Virus record (IMG/VR): IMGVR_UViG_3300017821_000056
Span: 32,001 to 96,000 of that record
Origin: a virus
Taxonomy: Duplodnaviria > Caudoviricetes
Length of the DNA stretch: 64,000 nucleotides
Direction: 5' to 3' (one strand)
Of the stretch, positions 27,952 through 36,937 are shown piece by piece. The first letter of the stretch is position 1, and every line of letters starts with the position of its first letter. The notes beneath the pieces were generated by a model. That model had not been told where the DNA came from. It was given only the letters and a program-made list of their open reading frames with translations, and searched no databases. The translations under genes and the position numbers were made by a program.

Positions 27952-28646
27952 CCGACCTGTGCGTCTTCCTCCCCACCCGCAACCGCCCCGCGAAAGCCCG
28001 GGAGTGCATCACCTCGTTCCGGGAAACCGTCAAAGGCGACGCGGACCTGATCCTCATACTCGACGACGACGACGGCTCATACGCTGACGGCTTCGAGGAC
28101 GTCGACAAGATCACCGTCACCCGGGGCACCCTCGTCACGGCCATAAACTCGGCCGCAGCGGTCCTCGCGGGCACCTATGACGCGCTGATGCTCGCCTCAG
28201 ACGACCTGGTGTTCGTCACCCCCGGGTGGGATGAGATCCTGCTGGCGAAACTCGCAGCGATGGGCGGCACGGGGATCATCGGGTGGGATTCGCGGCGCCG
28301 CTACGACCTGCTCGAGCACGTCCTCATGTCCAGCGGCATCGTCAAAGCGCTCGGCTATTTCGCGCTGCCGTGCTGCGGTCACTTTTACGTCGACAACGCC
28401 TGGACGGAGCTCGGGAAGCGGGCCGGCCTGCTCGGCTACTGCCCTGATGTCCTCATCGAGCACAGGCACTACTCGGTGACGCCCGGGGTGGAGCATGACG
28501 CGACGTACCGGGAGGCGGAGAAGAAGCACGGGGCCGCCGACCTTGCCGCGTTCCAGCAGTGGCGGGCGGAGCAGATAGCCAACGAGGTGTCAGTGCTGCG
28601 GAGGAAGTTCTCGCCTGATGTCCGCTGGGTATTGAGCCGCGTCTTA
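27948..28646 (+). CDS. GT-A (family 2-like) glycosyltransferase, apparently ending at TTA
   Basis: LPTRNRP, SDD, HFYVD, EHRH; 232 aa to TTA versus 235-aa paralogue at 57857. Confidence 0.85.
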
Positions 28647-29180
28647 TCCCGCCTGCCAGTCCTCCTCCCGGTAGCCGGGCCGGTGCTTGTAGCCGCTGGC
28701 GAGCAGGCGGACAGTGCGGCAGATGCCGTACCCGTTGACGCCGCCCCGGCTGGCGTAATGGCAGGTGACGCACCCGTTGACGCCGCCCCGGCTGGCGTAA
28801 TGGCAGGTGACGCACCCGCAGTCCTTCGGCGGGAACGGGGGGCTGATGATGCTGTACTGCTCGTACAGCGGATTCCGGTCACTGTCGGTCAGGATGTAGT
28901 GCTCGTCCAGGATGGCCAGTTCCGCCTCGCACCGGGCAATGGTGTCCTGCGGGTCGTTCAGGGCCATGTGCTGCCCGTTTGCCACCTGCCGGTGCCGGGT
29001 CCACGCCACGGTCACGCCTACGAGGTCGACTATGCCGTCGTGGACGGAGTAAAGCTCGTCGTCGGCCGGGTCGTCTCCCTCGAACTCCCACGGGCCGGGC
29101 GTAGCCGCCTGCGCTGCCGCCTTGCGCGCCTCGATCTGCGCCCGCAGCCACGCAACAGGCCCTTCTTCCTCGCTGCTCAT
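28644..29180 (-). CDS. DUF6221-like/Ead-like protein with 42-bp tandem duplication
   Basis: WLRAQI..ATPGPW...ARCEAELAILDEH...TVRLLASGYKHRPGY. Confidence 0.8.
   Translation of the reverse strand: MSSEEEGPVAWLRAQIEARKAAAQAATPGPWEFEGDDPADDELYSVHDGIVDLVGVTVAWTRHRQVANGQHMALNDPQDTIARCEAELAILDEHYILTDSDRNPLYEQYSIISPPFPPKDCGCVTCHYASRGGVNGCVTCHYASRGGVNGYGICRTVRLLASGYKHRPGYREEDWQAG
28730..28813. repeat. perfect 42-bp tandem duplication
   Basis: GCVTCHYASRGGVN x2 in minus-strand gene. Confidence 0.9.
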
Positions 29181-29215
29181 AGCCCGTCATGCTCTCATAC
29201 GGAAAGGGGCAGCAC

Positions 29216-29491
29216 ATGGCTCTGAATATGGGACAGGCGGCCATAGCCGGCACGGCGATCGCGTTCATCGTCCCTCCCGGCGCCTGCTCTGTCACCGTCT
29301 GGTCCGGTGCCGCCACCACCATCTACCTGGGGACGAACAAGGCCGGCCTCACCGCGTCCAACGGGTACGCCGTGAGCACCTACCCGACGGCTTTCGCCGC
29401 GTACGGCTCCAGTGCCGGAGCGACCGTGTACGGGCTGAACACCGCAGCGACGACCCTGGCCGTCAACTACATCGTGTCTTCGGAGGCGTAG
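29216..29491 (+). CDS. small virion-like protein
   Basis: GAAAGGGG RBS, T/A/S-rich. Confidence 0.65.
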   Translation: MALNMGQAAIAGTAIAFIVPPGACSVTVWSGAATTIYLGTNKAGLTASNGYAVSTYPTAFAAYGSSAGATVYGLNTAATTLAVNYIVSSEA

Positions 29492-29495
29492 CCGG

Positions 29496-29861
29496 ATGCC
29501 CAGGGTTCAGTTGCCAAATGGTTGTGCCGGCTTCGCCGACGGCGACACGAAGTACATGGCCGTGAACGGCCCCGGAAGCTACGTCAACATCGACGACACC
29601 GACCCGGCAGGGCAGAGGGCGCTCGCGAAGCTCCGCGCTCAGGATTACGCCTCAGCCGGGCTGGTCGATGCCGGGCCGGAGAAGTTCTACGTCCGCAAGG
29701 GTCCTGAGGGCCGCTGGTGCCCGTCCTGCCCGTCCAACACGATCTGGCACTCATGGACGAAGCACTGCCCGGAATGCGGTGCTGAGACGGTCCCCGAGTC
29801 GGAGATGACCTGCGTGAAGCCTGAGGGGCAGTACATGCCCTACGGGCCCGTATACGCCTAA
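29496..29861 (+). CDS. Zn-ribbon protein
   Basis: GGAGG RBS; CPSC...CPECG. Confidence 0.75.
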   Translation: MPRVQLPNGCAGFADGDTKYMAVNGPGSYVNIDDTDPAGQRALAKLRAQDYASAGLVDAGPEKFYVRKGPEGRWCPSCPSNTIWHSWTKHCPECGAETVPESEMTCVKPEGQYMPYGPVYA

Positions 29862-29873
29862 CCCAGCGAGAAG

Positions 29874-30545
29874 GTGAGTCCCATAACGCTCTACGCACGC
29901 GGTGATCTCCTCGCCGTCAGTGCCGTCCCCGGCTGCGAAGCGGGCCACGTGCGCCCCGTAGACGAGCGCACCGGCAAGCCCGTCCCCGTCTGGAGCCTGA
30001 CCTGCGACGCCCACGAGAAGTACTACAGGGGCGACGGGAAGCCGAAGATCCTCAAGTACCAGGTCGACAAGAACACGGGCCGGGTCCTGCGCCAGGAGCG
30101 CGTGGCGGACTCCTCGCCGATGTTCTCCAGCACCCCGGACACCGTGCCGCTCACCCCGGATGAGGAGGCCACGAATGCGATCCGCCAGGAGCGGGGCCGG
30201 ATGCAGATCGAGATGCTCCAGGCTCTCGCGGCGCTCCGCGCGACCGGCATCGAGGTGCCCCCGGAGGCGATGTGGCTGCTGGAGCGGGAGCTTCCCGAGA
30301 AGGTGCTCAAGGGCACCGTGGTGTGCGTCAACGGGCATGACGTCCCGGCGGGGAACCAGTTCTGCGGTTCCTGCGGGGCCTCCATGACCACGCGGGCCGC
30401 AGTGACGGCCGCGCCCGCGCCTGAGCCTGAGATCGACCTGGCCGTCCTGCACCCGCAGAGCCTGAAGAAGCTCCTCCGCGACCGGGGCCTTCCCGACAAG
30501 GGCACCAAGGAGCAGATGATCCGGCGTCTCCGCGAAGCCGCCTAG
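29874..30545 (+). CDS. Zn-ribbon + SAP-domain protein
   Basis: CVNGH...FCGSCG; LKKLLRDRGLPDKGTKEQMIRRL. Confidence 0.75.
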   Translation: MSPITLYARGDLLAVSAVPGCEAGHVRPVDERTGKPVPVWSLTCDAHEKYYRGDGKPKILKYQVDKNTGRVLRQERVADSSPMFSSTPDTVPLTPDEEATNAIRQERGRMQIEMLQALAALRATGIEVPPEAMWLLERELPEKVLKGTVVCVNGHDVPAGNQFCGSCGASMTTRAAVTAAPAPEPEIDLAVLHPQSLKKLLRDRGLPDKGTKEQMIRRLREAA

Positions 30546-30551
30546 GAGCCT

Positions 30552-30743
30552 GTGAGCCGGGGCGCCGGGCTGTGCAAGCGCTGCGGGGGCCCTAAGCGGG
30601 GCCGGAGCGGGCGGGTGGCGTGGCCGGTCGCCCAGTGCTCCCAGTGCGGTGATGAGGTCTGCGCCCGGCATTGCATCTGGGACACCGACCGGTACCTGTG
30701 CACCAAGTGCGCCAAGGCGGCAGGGATCAAGCCTCCGCCGTGA
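30552..30743 (+). CDS. small Zn-finger protein
   Basis: Multiple CxxC; AGGAG RBS. Confidence 0.7.
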   Translation: MSRGAGLCKRCGGPKRGRSGRVAWPVAQCSQCGDEVCARHCIWDTDRYLCTKCAKAAGIKPPP

Positions 30744-30912
30744 CGGGGAAAGGTGCGCCCCGTTCACCAGCTGTTGTAGAAGCGGATCGTCTTGACCTGC
30801 GGGGGGATGGCACGGTCACTCCTGCCGCCTTGCAGGCATTCCAGACTGCCCACATGTCCTGCCATCTTTCATCCGGGGGGACGAACCCGATGACGTGCGT
30901 GGACATGCTCAC
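30727..30912 (-). CDS. hypothetical protein, possibly truncated
   Basis: MSTHVIGFVPPDERWQ; coupled to HTH gene. Confidence 0.5.
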   Translation of the reverse strand: MSMSTHVIGFVPPDERWQDMWAVWNACKAAGVTVPSPRRSRRSASTTAGERGAPFPVTAEA

Positions 30913-31103
30913 GACTGCTCCTTCCCGATCCGGTCGACAGTGGTACGCGCCAGCCCTGTGGACTGGTGGATCTCCTCGATGCTGATGTCCGCCTCAAGGG
31001 CGGCCCGCACTAGCGAGTCACGCTCGGCCTCAAGGCCACGGCGGCGGCGGCCCCAGGAACGGAGCGCGGCCCGCAAGATGGCTGGCTGGTCGGTTGCTTC
31101 CAT
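30909..31103 (-). CDS. small HTH protein, leaderless
   Basis: ISIEEIHQSTGLARTTVDRI; TATGCT-7-ATG. Confidence 0.75.
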   Translation of the reverse strand: MEATDQPAILRAALRSWGRRRRGLEAERDSLVRAALEADISIEEIHQSTGLARTTVDRIGKEQS

Positions 31104-31150
31104 GCAGTAGAGCATACAGCATACGATGCACGGTGCGCTATACTTGAGGC

Positions 31151-32236
31151 ATGAAGACGTGCCTGCTGTGCGCGGAACCGGCCTACGGTCGCGGCTGGTG
31201 CAAGAAGCACTACATGAACTGGTACCGGCACGGAGACCCGGCCTTCGTCACGCCCGAGCGCACCCGTGCGACCTGCACCGAATGCGGAGATCCAGCGATC
31301 GGACGCGGACTGTGCCGCAAGCATTACCTCCGCTGGTACAAGCACGGCGACCCGTCCGTAGTGCTGGACCGCCACCGCAAGCGCGGTCCTGAGACATGCA
31401 GCGAATGCGAACGCCCTGCCGTGTCCTTCGGCTACTGCACCAAGCACTACCGCCGCTTCAAGGTCCACGGCGACCCGTCTGTAGTGGGCAAGGCCGGCAA
31501 CAACGGCAGCCAGCGGAAGTACTCGGTGAACCACGACTACTTTCGGGAGATCGACACCCCCGAGAAGGCTTACTGGCTGGGGTTCATCACCGCTAATGGC
31601 AGCGTGAACGAAGGCCCGAAAAGCTACTGCCTCACGCTGGAACTGAAAAGATCCGACGCAGGCCACCTGCTCAAGTTCGCGGAAGCCATCGGGTCGGACG
31701 CTCCGGTCAGGGAGACCGGCCAGAACTGCTCGGCCACACGGATCCACTCCTGGAGGCTCGTTGAGAGCCTCGTCAGCCTGGGCGTGACCGCGCGCAAGAG
31801 CCTCGTTGTCGAGCCGCCGCTGGCGAGGCTGGCCGGGCTGGAGCGCTACTACTGGCGCGGCCTGTGGGACGGCGACGGCTACATCTCTGATAGGGCCGCG
31901 CGTTCCCGATGGCATATCGGCATCGTAGGCAGCCTCGCCTGCGCAGAGGGATTCGCCGCATGGGCGCGCGCCGCATGCGGCAGCTCAGCCAAGCTCTATA
32001 ACGCCGGCCCGAACCCGAGATGCTGGGCATGGGCAACCGGCGGGACGAGGATGCCGCAACTCCTGGGTGATGCCCTCAGGCAAGCCGGGCCGGGTTTCGG
32101 CCTTGAGCGCAAGCAGATCATGCTGGGAAAGCTCTGCGCCATTGACTTCGGTGAGCATGAGGCCCGGCTGAATGACGGCCGCTCGGCCATGATGCGAGAG
32201 GCCTGGGTTTCCGGCCGCCATCCACGAGCAAGCTAG
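31151..32236 (+). mobile_element. free-standing LAGLIDADG homing endonuclease with three N-terminal Zn repeats
   Basis: AYWLGFITANG and YWRGLWDGDG; TATACT-6-ATG leaderless promoter. Confidence 0.85.
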
Positions 32237-32262
32237 TTACGGCAAGGGGGGTGATGCCCCCT

Positions 32263-33263
32263 ATGTCGACGCCGCTGCCCCTGGGTCTTACTCCGTATAT
32301 ATCTCCTACGACCCTGCTCACGGCGCCGACATTATCGAAATTGGAATTGATTTTAGTTCGATACCTTCGGGCGACTACACCCAGCCTACGGAAAACTGGG
32401 CCGAGTGGTGGAACATGACGGCCAGGGCCACGTCGCGTGTCGACGGCTATTGTTCCCAGGTCTTGCGTGCCACCATCGACACTGAGCCGCTGCACGGCCC
32501 GGACTACCGGGTCACCGTGGGCCCCGCTGCGGGCGGATCGTACCCGACGCCGTACTGGGGGAACTCCGGGGCGCAGAACGCGCGGCTGATCCTGTCCCGG
32601 TGGCCGGTGCTGCAGGTGACGAACGTGGCGACCTGCCCGAACTCGCTGTGGCCAAGGTCGTGGACGAACCTGCCGGCCGGGTACTACGAGCCCGAGGTGC
32701 CCACTCTCGGCGTGTACGGCTCCATCTCCCCGGCCGGGTCCGCTGACGGGGGGCAGGCGATCCTGGTCGGCGGCGGGTACATCGACTGGTCTTACGGGCG
32801 TAACGGGTGGGCGATCCTGGTCACCTATATCAACGGGTGGCCGCACTGCTCCCTCACCTCGGCTGTGGCGGCAGGGGCCACGTCGCTGCCGGTGAACGAC
32901 TGCACCGGGTGGGGGATAACGGACTACAACAGCGTCTTCACCGGGGCGACCGGCCGGATCGTGGACTCGGGCGCCCAGGAAGCCATCCACGTCACGGCCA
33001 CGTCGGCGGCGTCGGGGCCGGGGAACCTGACCCTCTCCTCGCCGCTGAATTTCGCCCACACCGCGCAGACGCTTGTCACTACCTTGCCGGCGTCGATCGA
33101 GCAGGCGTGCATCCTGTTCTGCGTCGCGGAGGCCCTGACGAGGGGGGCGACGACGACGACGATCCATGACATCGGCGGGCACGCGCAGTCCACCGGGGGG
33201 GACGTGGCAGGGCTGACAGCGGAGGCCGAGCTCTTGTGCCATCCGTTCCGCAGAACTGTATAA
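32263..33263 (+). CDS. head-tail adaptor/completion protein split by an 11-nt TTA-led gap (32332-32342)
   Basis: RBS+ATG 32263 gives PYISPTTLLTAPT; other frame continues GIDFSSIP...RATSRVDGYC...Y.NGW...LPASIEQAC. Confidence 0.75.
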
Positions 33264-33304
33264 GTCTCGGTATGGAGTGGCGAGTCATTTTGCTACAGTG
33301 GGGC

Positions 33305-34018
33305 ATGGCAACCTGCACAGCAGCCGATGACTGCGAGAAGCCCCCGTTCCGGCGCGGCTGGTGCTCCATGCACTACTCGCGATGGCAGCGGTACGGCGAC
33401 TTCACCACCGTAAATAAGCCCGGCAACCCTCGGCAACTAGGCGACTGCCACCTCTGCGACAAGCCGGCTCTCGCCCGCGACATGTGCATCAAGCACTACA
33501 CCCGCTGGCAGCGGTACGGCGACCCGACGGTTACGAAGCTAGATCGGGACCGCACGCCAGAGGAGCGCTTCTGGCCGCGCGTCAACAAGGACGGTCCAGT
33601 ATCCGCTCACCGGCCCGACCTCGGCCCGTGCTGGGTGTGGACCGGCGGCCTCGCAGAGGGCTACGGGATGTTCTGGCTCGACGGCCGCAACATCCACGCG
33701 CACATCGTGTCCTTCACTTGGGAGTACGGCGACATCCCCGAAGGCTGGGAGCGCGACCATCTCTGCCGCAACCGTGCATGCGTGCGACCTGACCATCTTG
33801 AAGCCGTAACCCACTGGACAAACGTGGCGCGCGGCATCTCTCCGCACGGGCTGAACGCGGCCAAGACGAAGTGCCGTAACGGCCATGACTTCACGCCGGA
33901 AAACACGCGCGTGAATAGCAAGGGCCAGCGCGTTTGCATCGCCTGCGCTCGCGCAGCATGTTTGCGGTGGTACCACCGTCAGCGCCAGACGGAACCGGTG
34001 GCCGACGCCCTGTTCTAA
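33305..34018 (+). mobile_element. HNH homing endonuclease with Zn repeats
   Basis: RFWPRV, CWVWTG, DHLCRNRACVRPDHL, KTKCRNGH; TACAGT -10. Confidence 0.88.
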
Positions 34019-34030
34019 CGCCCGGAGAAA

Positions 34031-34076
34031 CGGGACGCCCCTTGCGGTCACCCGGAGGCTCCTACGGGGCGTCCCG
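34031..34076. terminator. GC-rich hairpin
   Basis: CGGGACGCCCC / GGGGCGTCCCG. Confidence 0.65.
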
Positions 34077-34129
34077 CCTTCACTACTCCTGTCTCAAGGA
34101 GTGGTACCGATTATGGCAGTCTTGGCAGC

Positions 34130-34495
34130 ATGACAACCATCCGCCTGCGCGGCATCGCCCACCGGGAGACTCCCGGGCGGTCCGGGCTCGACCCGACCAC
34201 CATCGTGCCGGAAACCGTGCCCGTCTACGTTGAGTACGCAGGCACCGCCATCGGCACCGCGGCCCTGCGCCGCGACGACGACGACACGATCTGGGCAGAC
34301 GCCACGGTGGAGGACGGCCCCTGGCGGGAAACCTGCCGGTTCTTCGGCATGTCGTTCCGCTGCGGCCACCTCGCAGAAGTGCCGGGCGCCGGGCTCGGGG
34401 AGGCTATCGCGGTATCGCTCACCGCTTCGGTTCTCAGCAACAAGCTCATCCCCGGCCACCGGCCGCCGTTCGAGGTCGCCGACGACGATTTTTTA
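34130..34495 (+). CDS. hypothetical protein, apparently ending at TTA
   Basis: Acidic domain ending ADDDF-TTA, followed by GGAGG RBS and ATG of a compositionally different protein. Confidence 0.6.
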
Positions 34496-34516
34496 CAGGT
34501 CCCCTGGGAGGCTGCC

Positions 34517-34978
34517 ATGTCCTGCGGGAAGACGGTCACCCGGAGGCAGGCCAAAGCCCGCACCAGTTCCGCCCGCGCACACCAGGCCAGGCGAGCCGCT
34601 ACTCCCTCCGCGAAAGCGGCGAAGGCCCGGTACCGGCAGCAGTCCTACGCCGCGTTCGTCCGCCAGCTGAGGCACTACTACCACGTCCGCCACCTCCAGC
34701 ACGTCGCCCACCAGGCCGCTGCGGCAGCGCAGGCCCCGCACCCGGCTAAGCGCCGGGCCGCCCGCGCAGCAGCCCGGCACGGCGTCACGTCGCGGATCCG
34801 GTGCAAGCAGAAGACCCGCAAGGCCGCGGTCGTCCGCAAGGGGCCGGCGAAGAAGAAGACGGCCCCGGCGAAGTCCAGGGCTGTCAAGGCGGCGGCAGGG
34901 AGAAGGGCAGCCCTTCCCTCTGCCGGGGTGCGCGCGGCACGGTCGGCACGGTCGGCGCGGGCGAGGCGGGGACGTTAG
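34517..34978 (+). CDS. very basic Arg/Lys/Ala-rich protein
   Basis: Own GGAGG RBS; no acidic residues seen in 153 aa. Confidence 0.7.
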   Translation: MSCGKTVTRRQAKARTSSARAHQARRAATPSAKAAKARYRQQSYAAFVRQLRHYYHVRHLQHVAHQAAAAAQAPHPAKRRAARAAARHGVTSRIRCKQKTRKAAVVRKGPAKKKTAPAKSRAVKAAAGRRAALPSAGVRAARSARSARARRGR

Positions 34979-35682
34979 GCAAACCTCGATCGGGCCGGAG
35001 TCGTTGCGAGCGGCAGTCCCGCACGCGCCTTGTCCTCCAAGGCGGCAAGCGTCATGTGCGCTTCCTCTGGCGTGGTGCCCCTGATGTGCACTGACCATCC
35101 GTACATGACCGGCTCCGGGTGGAGCAGGGTGGCTGCGGCATAGCGCGGCTGAATGCTCACCAACGGAGAGCCGGGCAGGTCGGCGCAATCCTCGTACGGG
35201 ACCGTGTGCAGCGCGACCTGATAGCCGCCCTCGTGGAAGCCATCCACCGTGAGCACGGTGCTGATATCGATGACGGGATAGCGTGCCTTGCGGCGCTGCT
35301 GTGGCGGCTTCTGGCCCTTTTCTATGTAGCCGATCAGCGATTTGTCAGGCTTGTACGGCGGCGGTGCTGGCGGTTCGGGCCTCCACTCCCCGAGCCACTC
35401 CTTGCATGAGGCGTGAACGGGCCAGCTGAATATCTCCGCGAGGTCATCCGGGATCATCTGGTCCAGGTCGGTCATCCCGCACACGGGACAGGTCCGGAGC
35501 GTCTCCTCCGTCGCTGCAGAATCGCCTCGCGGGTACGGGCGGGACATGTCGCGCGGGACTCTCGGATCACCTGCCGGTTCTGGCAGCGCGGCCTTGTGCT
35601 GCTGCTGCGCGGGACGCACGAAGCTGCCATAGAAGGTCATCGCCACCGCAAGGAACGCGAGCGTCATCACGAGGAAGCTCAT
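34975..35682 (-). CDS. membrane-anchored hypothetical protein, leaderless
   Basis: N-terminal TM; CPVC..H..C; CACGAT-6-ATG. Confidence 0.7.
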   Translation of the reverse strand: MSFLVMTLAFLAVAMTFYGSFVRPAQQQHKAALPEPAGDPRVPRDMSRPYPRGDSAATEETLRTCPVCGMTDLDQMIPDDLAEIFSWPVHASCKEWLGEWRPEPPAPPPYKPDKSLIGYIEKGQKPPQQRRKARYPVIDISTVLTVDGFHEGGYQVALHTVPYEDCADLPGSPLVSIQPRYAAATLLHPEPVMYGWSVHIRGTTPEEAHMTLAALEDKARAGLPLATTPARSRFA

Positions 35683-35715
35683 CCGCTCATCGTGGCACGA
35701 AGGGGCGGTGCCGCC

Positions 35716-36231
35716 GTGCCCCTGGTGTCGGTGCAGTCCTTCCTATTCTCACTGCTGGACCAGCTCCCGATGCCGTACGGCCTCCCCACGGCCAAGGCCT
35801 ACGTCACGCCGCCGGACCCCAGGGTGCAGGCGAAGATCCCTGCGATCTACATCTGGCCCGCGGACGGCGATGAGAACCGCACCGAGCAGCTGGGCGGCAC
35901 GGTCCCCCGCAACACGGGGCCGGGCACCTCGTCGGGCACCAAGGGGATCATGCACCGGTTCGACGTGTACCTGACGTGGTTCTCCGCCGGGGCCGGGGTG
36001 GATCAGGACCCGAAGTTCCCCGGCATGGTCGACGCGCTGATGTTCAAGCTGCGGACATCCCAGCCGAACCCGTACGCTGCGACCGACCCGAACACGGGCC
36101 TCACGTCAACGATCTACAACGTCGGCGAGAATATGGTGTACCGTACCGGAATCGAAAGTACGGCCGATGAGCGCACGAAACGGTACGACGCGCTAATCCA
36201 GGTTGACGTCTGGGAGATCATCAACGCCTAG
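35716..36231 (+). CDS. tail terminator/completion protein
   Basis: Size and position before tail tube; PAIYIW motif. Confidence 0.65.
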   Translation: MPLVSVQSFLFSLLDQLPMPYGLPTAKAYVTPPDPRVQAKIPAIYIWPADGDENRTEQLGGTVPRNTGPGTSSGTKGIMHRFDVYLTWFSAGAGVDQDPKFPGMVDALMFKLRTSQPNPYAATDPNTGLTSTIYNVGENMVYRTGIESTADERTKRYDALIQVDVWEIINA

Positions 36232-36551
36232 TCCGGCCGCCCATCGTCCGGCACCCACTCGAACCGCATCCCGTCCGGCAGCAGCAACCCGCTGAGCTCA
36301 TCCGCGACCTCCTGCGCCCGGCCTGGAAGCGCGGCAGCGTGCGCCTCCAGCACGGCCCGCGCAGCGGCCTCTGCGGCGTTATAGGACCACCAGTTGATGG
36401 CCTTCCCGCGCCGGTAAGCGAACGTGATCGCGCGCCAGAACCGGACCCTCAGCGGGGGCGGCTCCAGTCCTGCTTCCCACGGCTTCAACCCGAACGCCGC
36501 GAGCGTCTGGCTCCGCAGTCTCGCCGCGAACTCCTCCTCGTCGCTGCCCAT
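36228..36551 (-). CDS. hypothetical protein, leaderless
   Basis: GACAAT-7-ATG; CTAG stop overlap. Confidence 0.65.
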   Translation of the reverse strand: MGSDEEEFAARLRSQTLAAFGLKPWEAGLEPPPLRVRFWRAITFAYRRGKAINWWSYNAAEAAARAVLEAHAAALPGRAQEVADELSGLLLPDGMRFEWVPDDGRPD

Positions 36552-36583
36552 GACCGCCATTGTCCACGACACAGGAGGCTCTT

Positions 36584-36877
36584 GTGACGCGCGCTGTCTA
36601 CACCGGCCATGAGGCCCTGACCTTCCCCGGCTACATCGACCTGGAGTCCGGGCAGACCCTCCACGCCGAGCCGGGCGGGACGTACGACATCGCCCCGGCG
36701 TCAGGGAACGCGGGGGACGAGGTGCCTTTCCCGTGGTTCGTGGCCGCCGATGCCGGGGCGCAGGCCGCGGCGGAGGCCGCACGGGCGGCAGCGGAGGCTG
36801 AGCGGCTGGCCGCGGAGAACGCAGGGGACGGCGGGGAACCGGGCGGCGAACCCGGGCCCGGCGGCGAAGACATGTAA
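36584..36877 (+). CDS. small conserved protein before tail tube
   Basis: AGGAGG RBS. Confidence 0.7.
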   Translation: MTRAVYTGHEALTFPGYIDLESGQTLHAEPGGTYDIAPASGNAGDEVPFPWFVAADAGAQAAAEAARAAAEAERLAAENAGDGGEPGGEPGPGGEDM

Positions 36878-36937
36878 CTCTCGTCATTCTGGCAGTACAT
36901 CCCAGCGATTCGCCTGTAATGGCGAGAGAGGGGCCGT

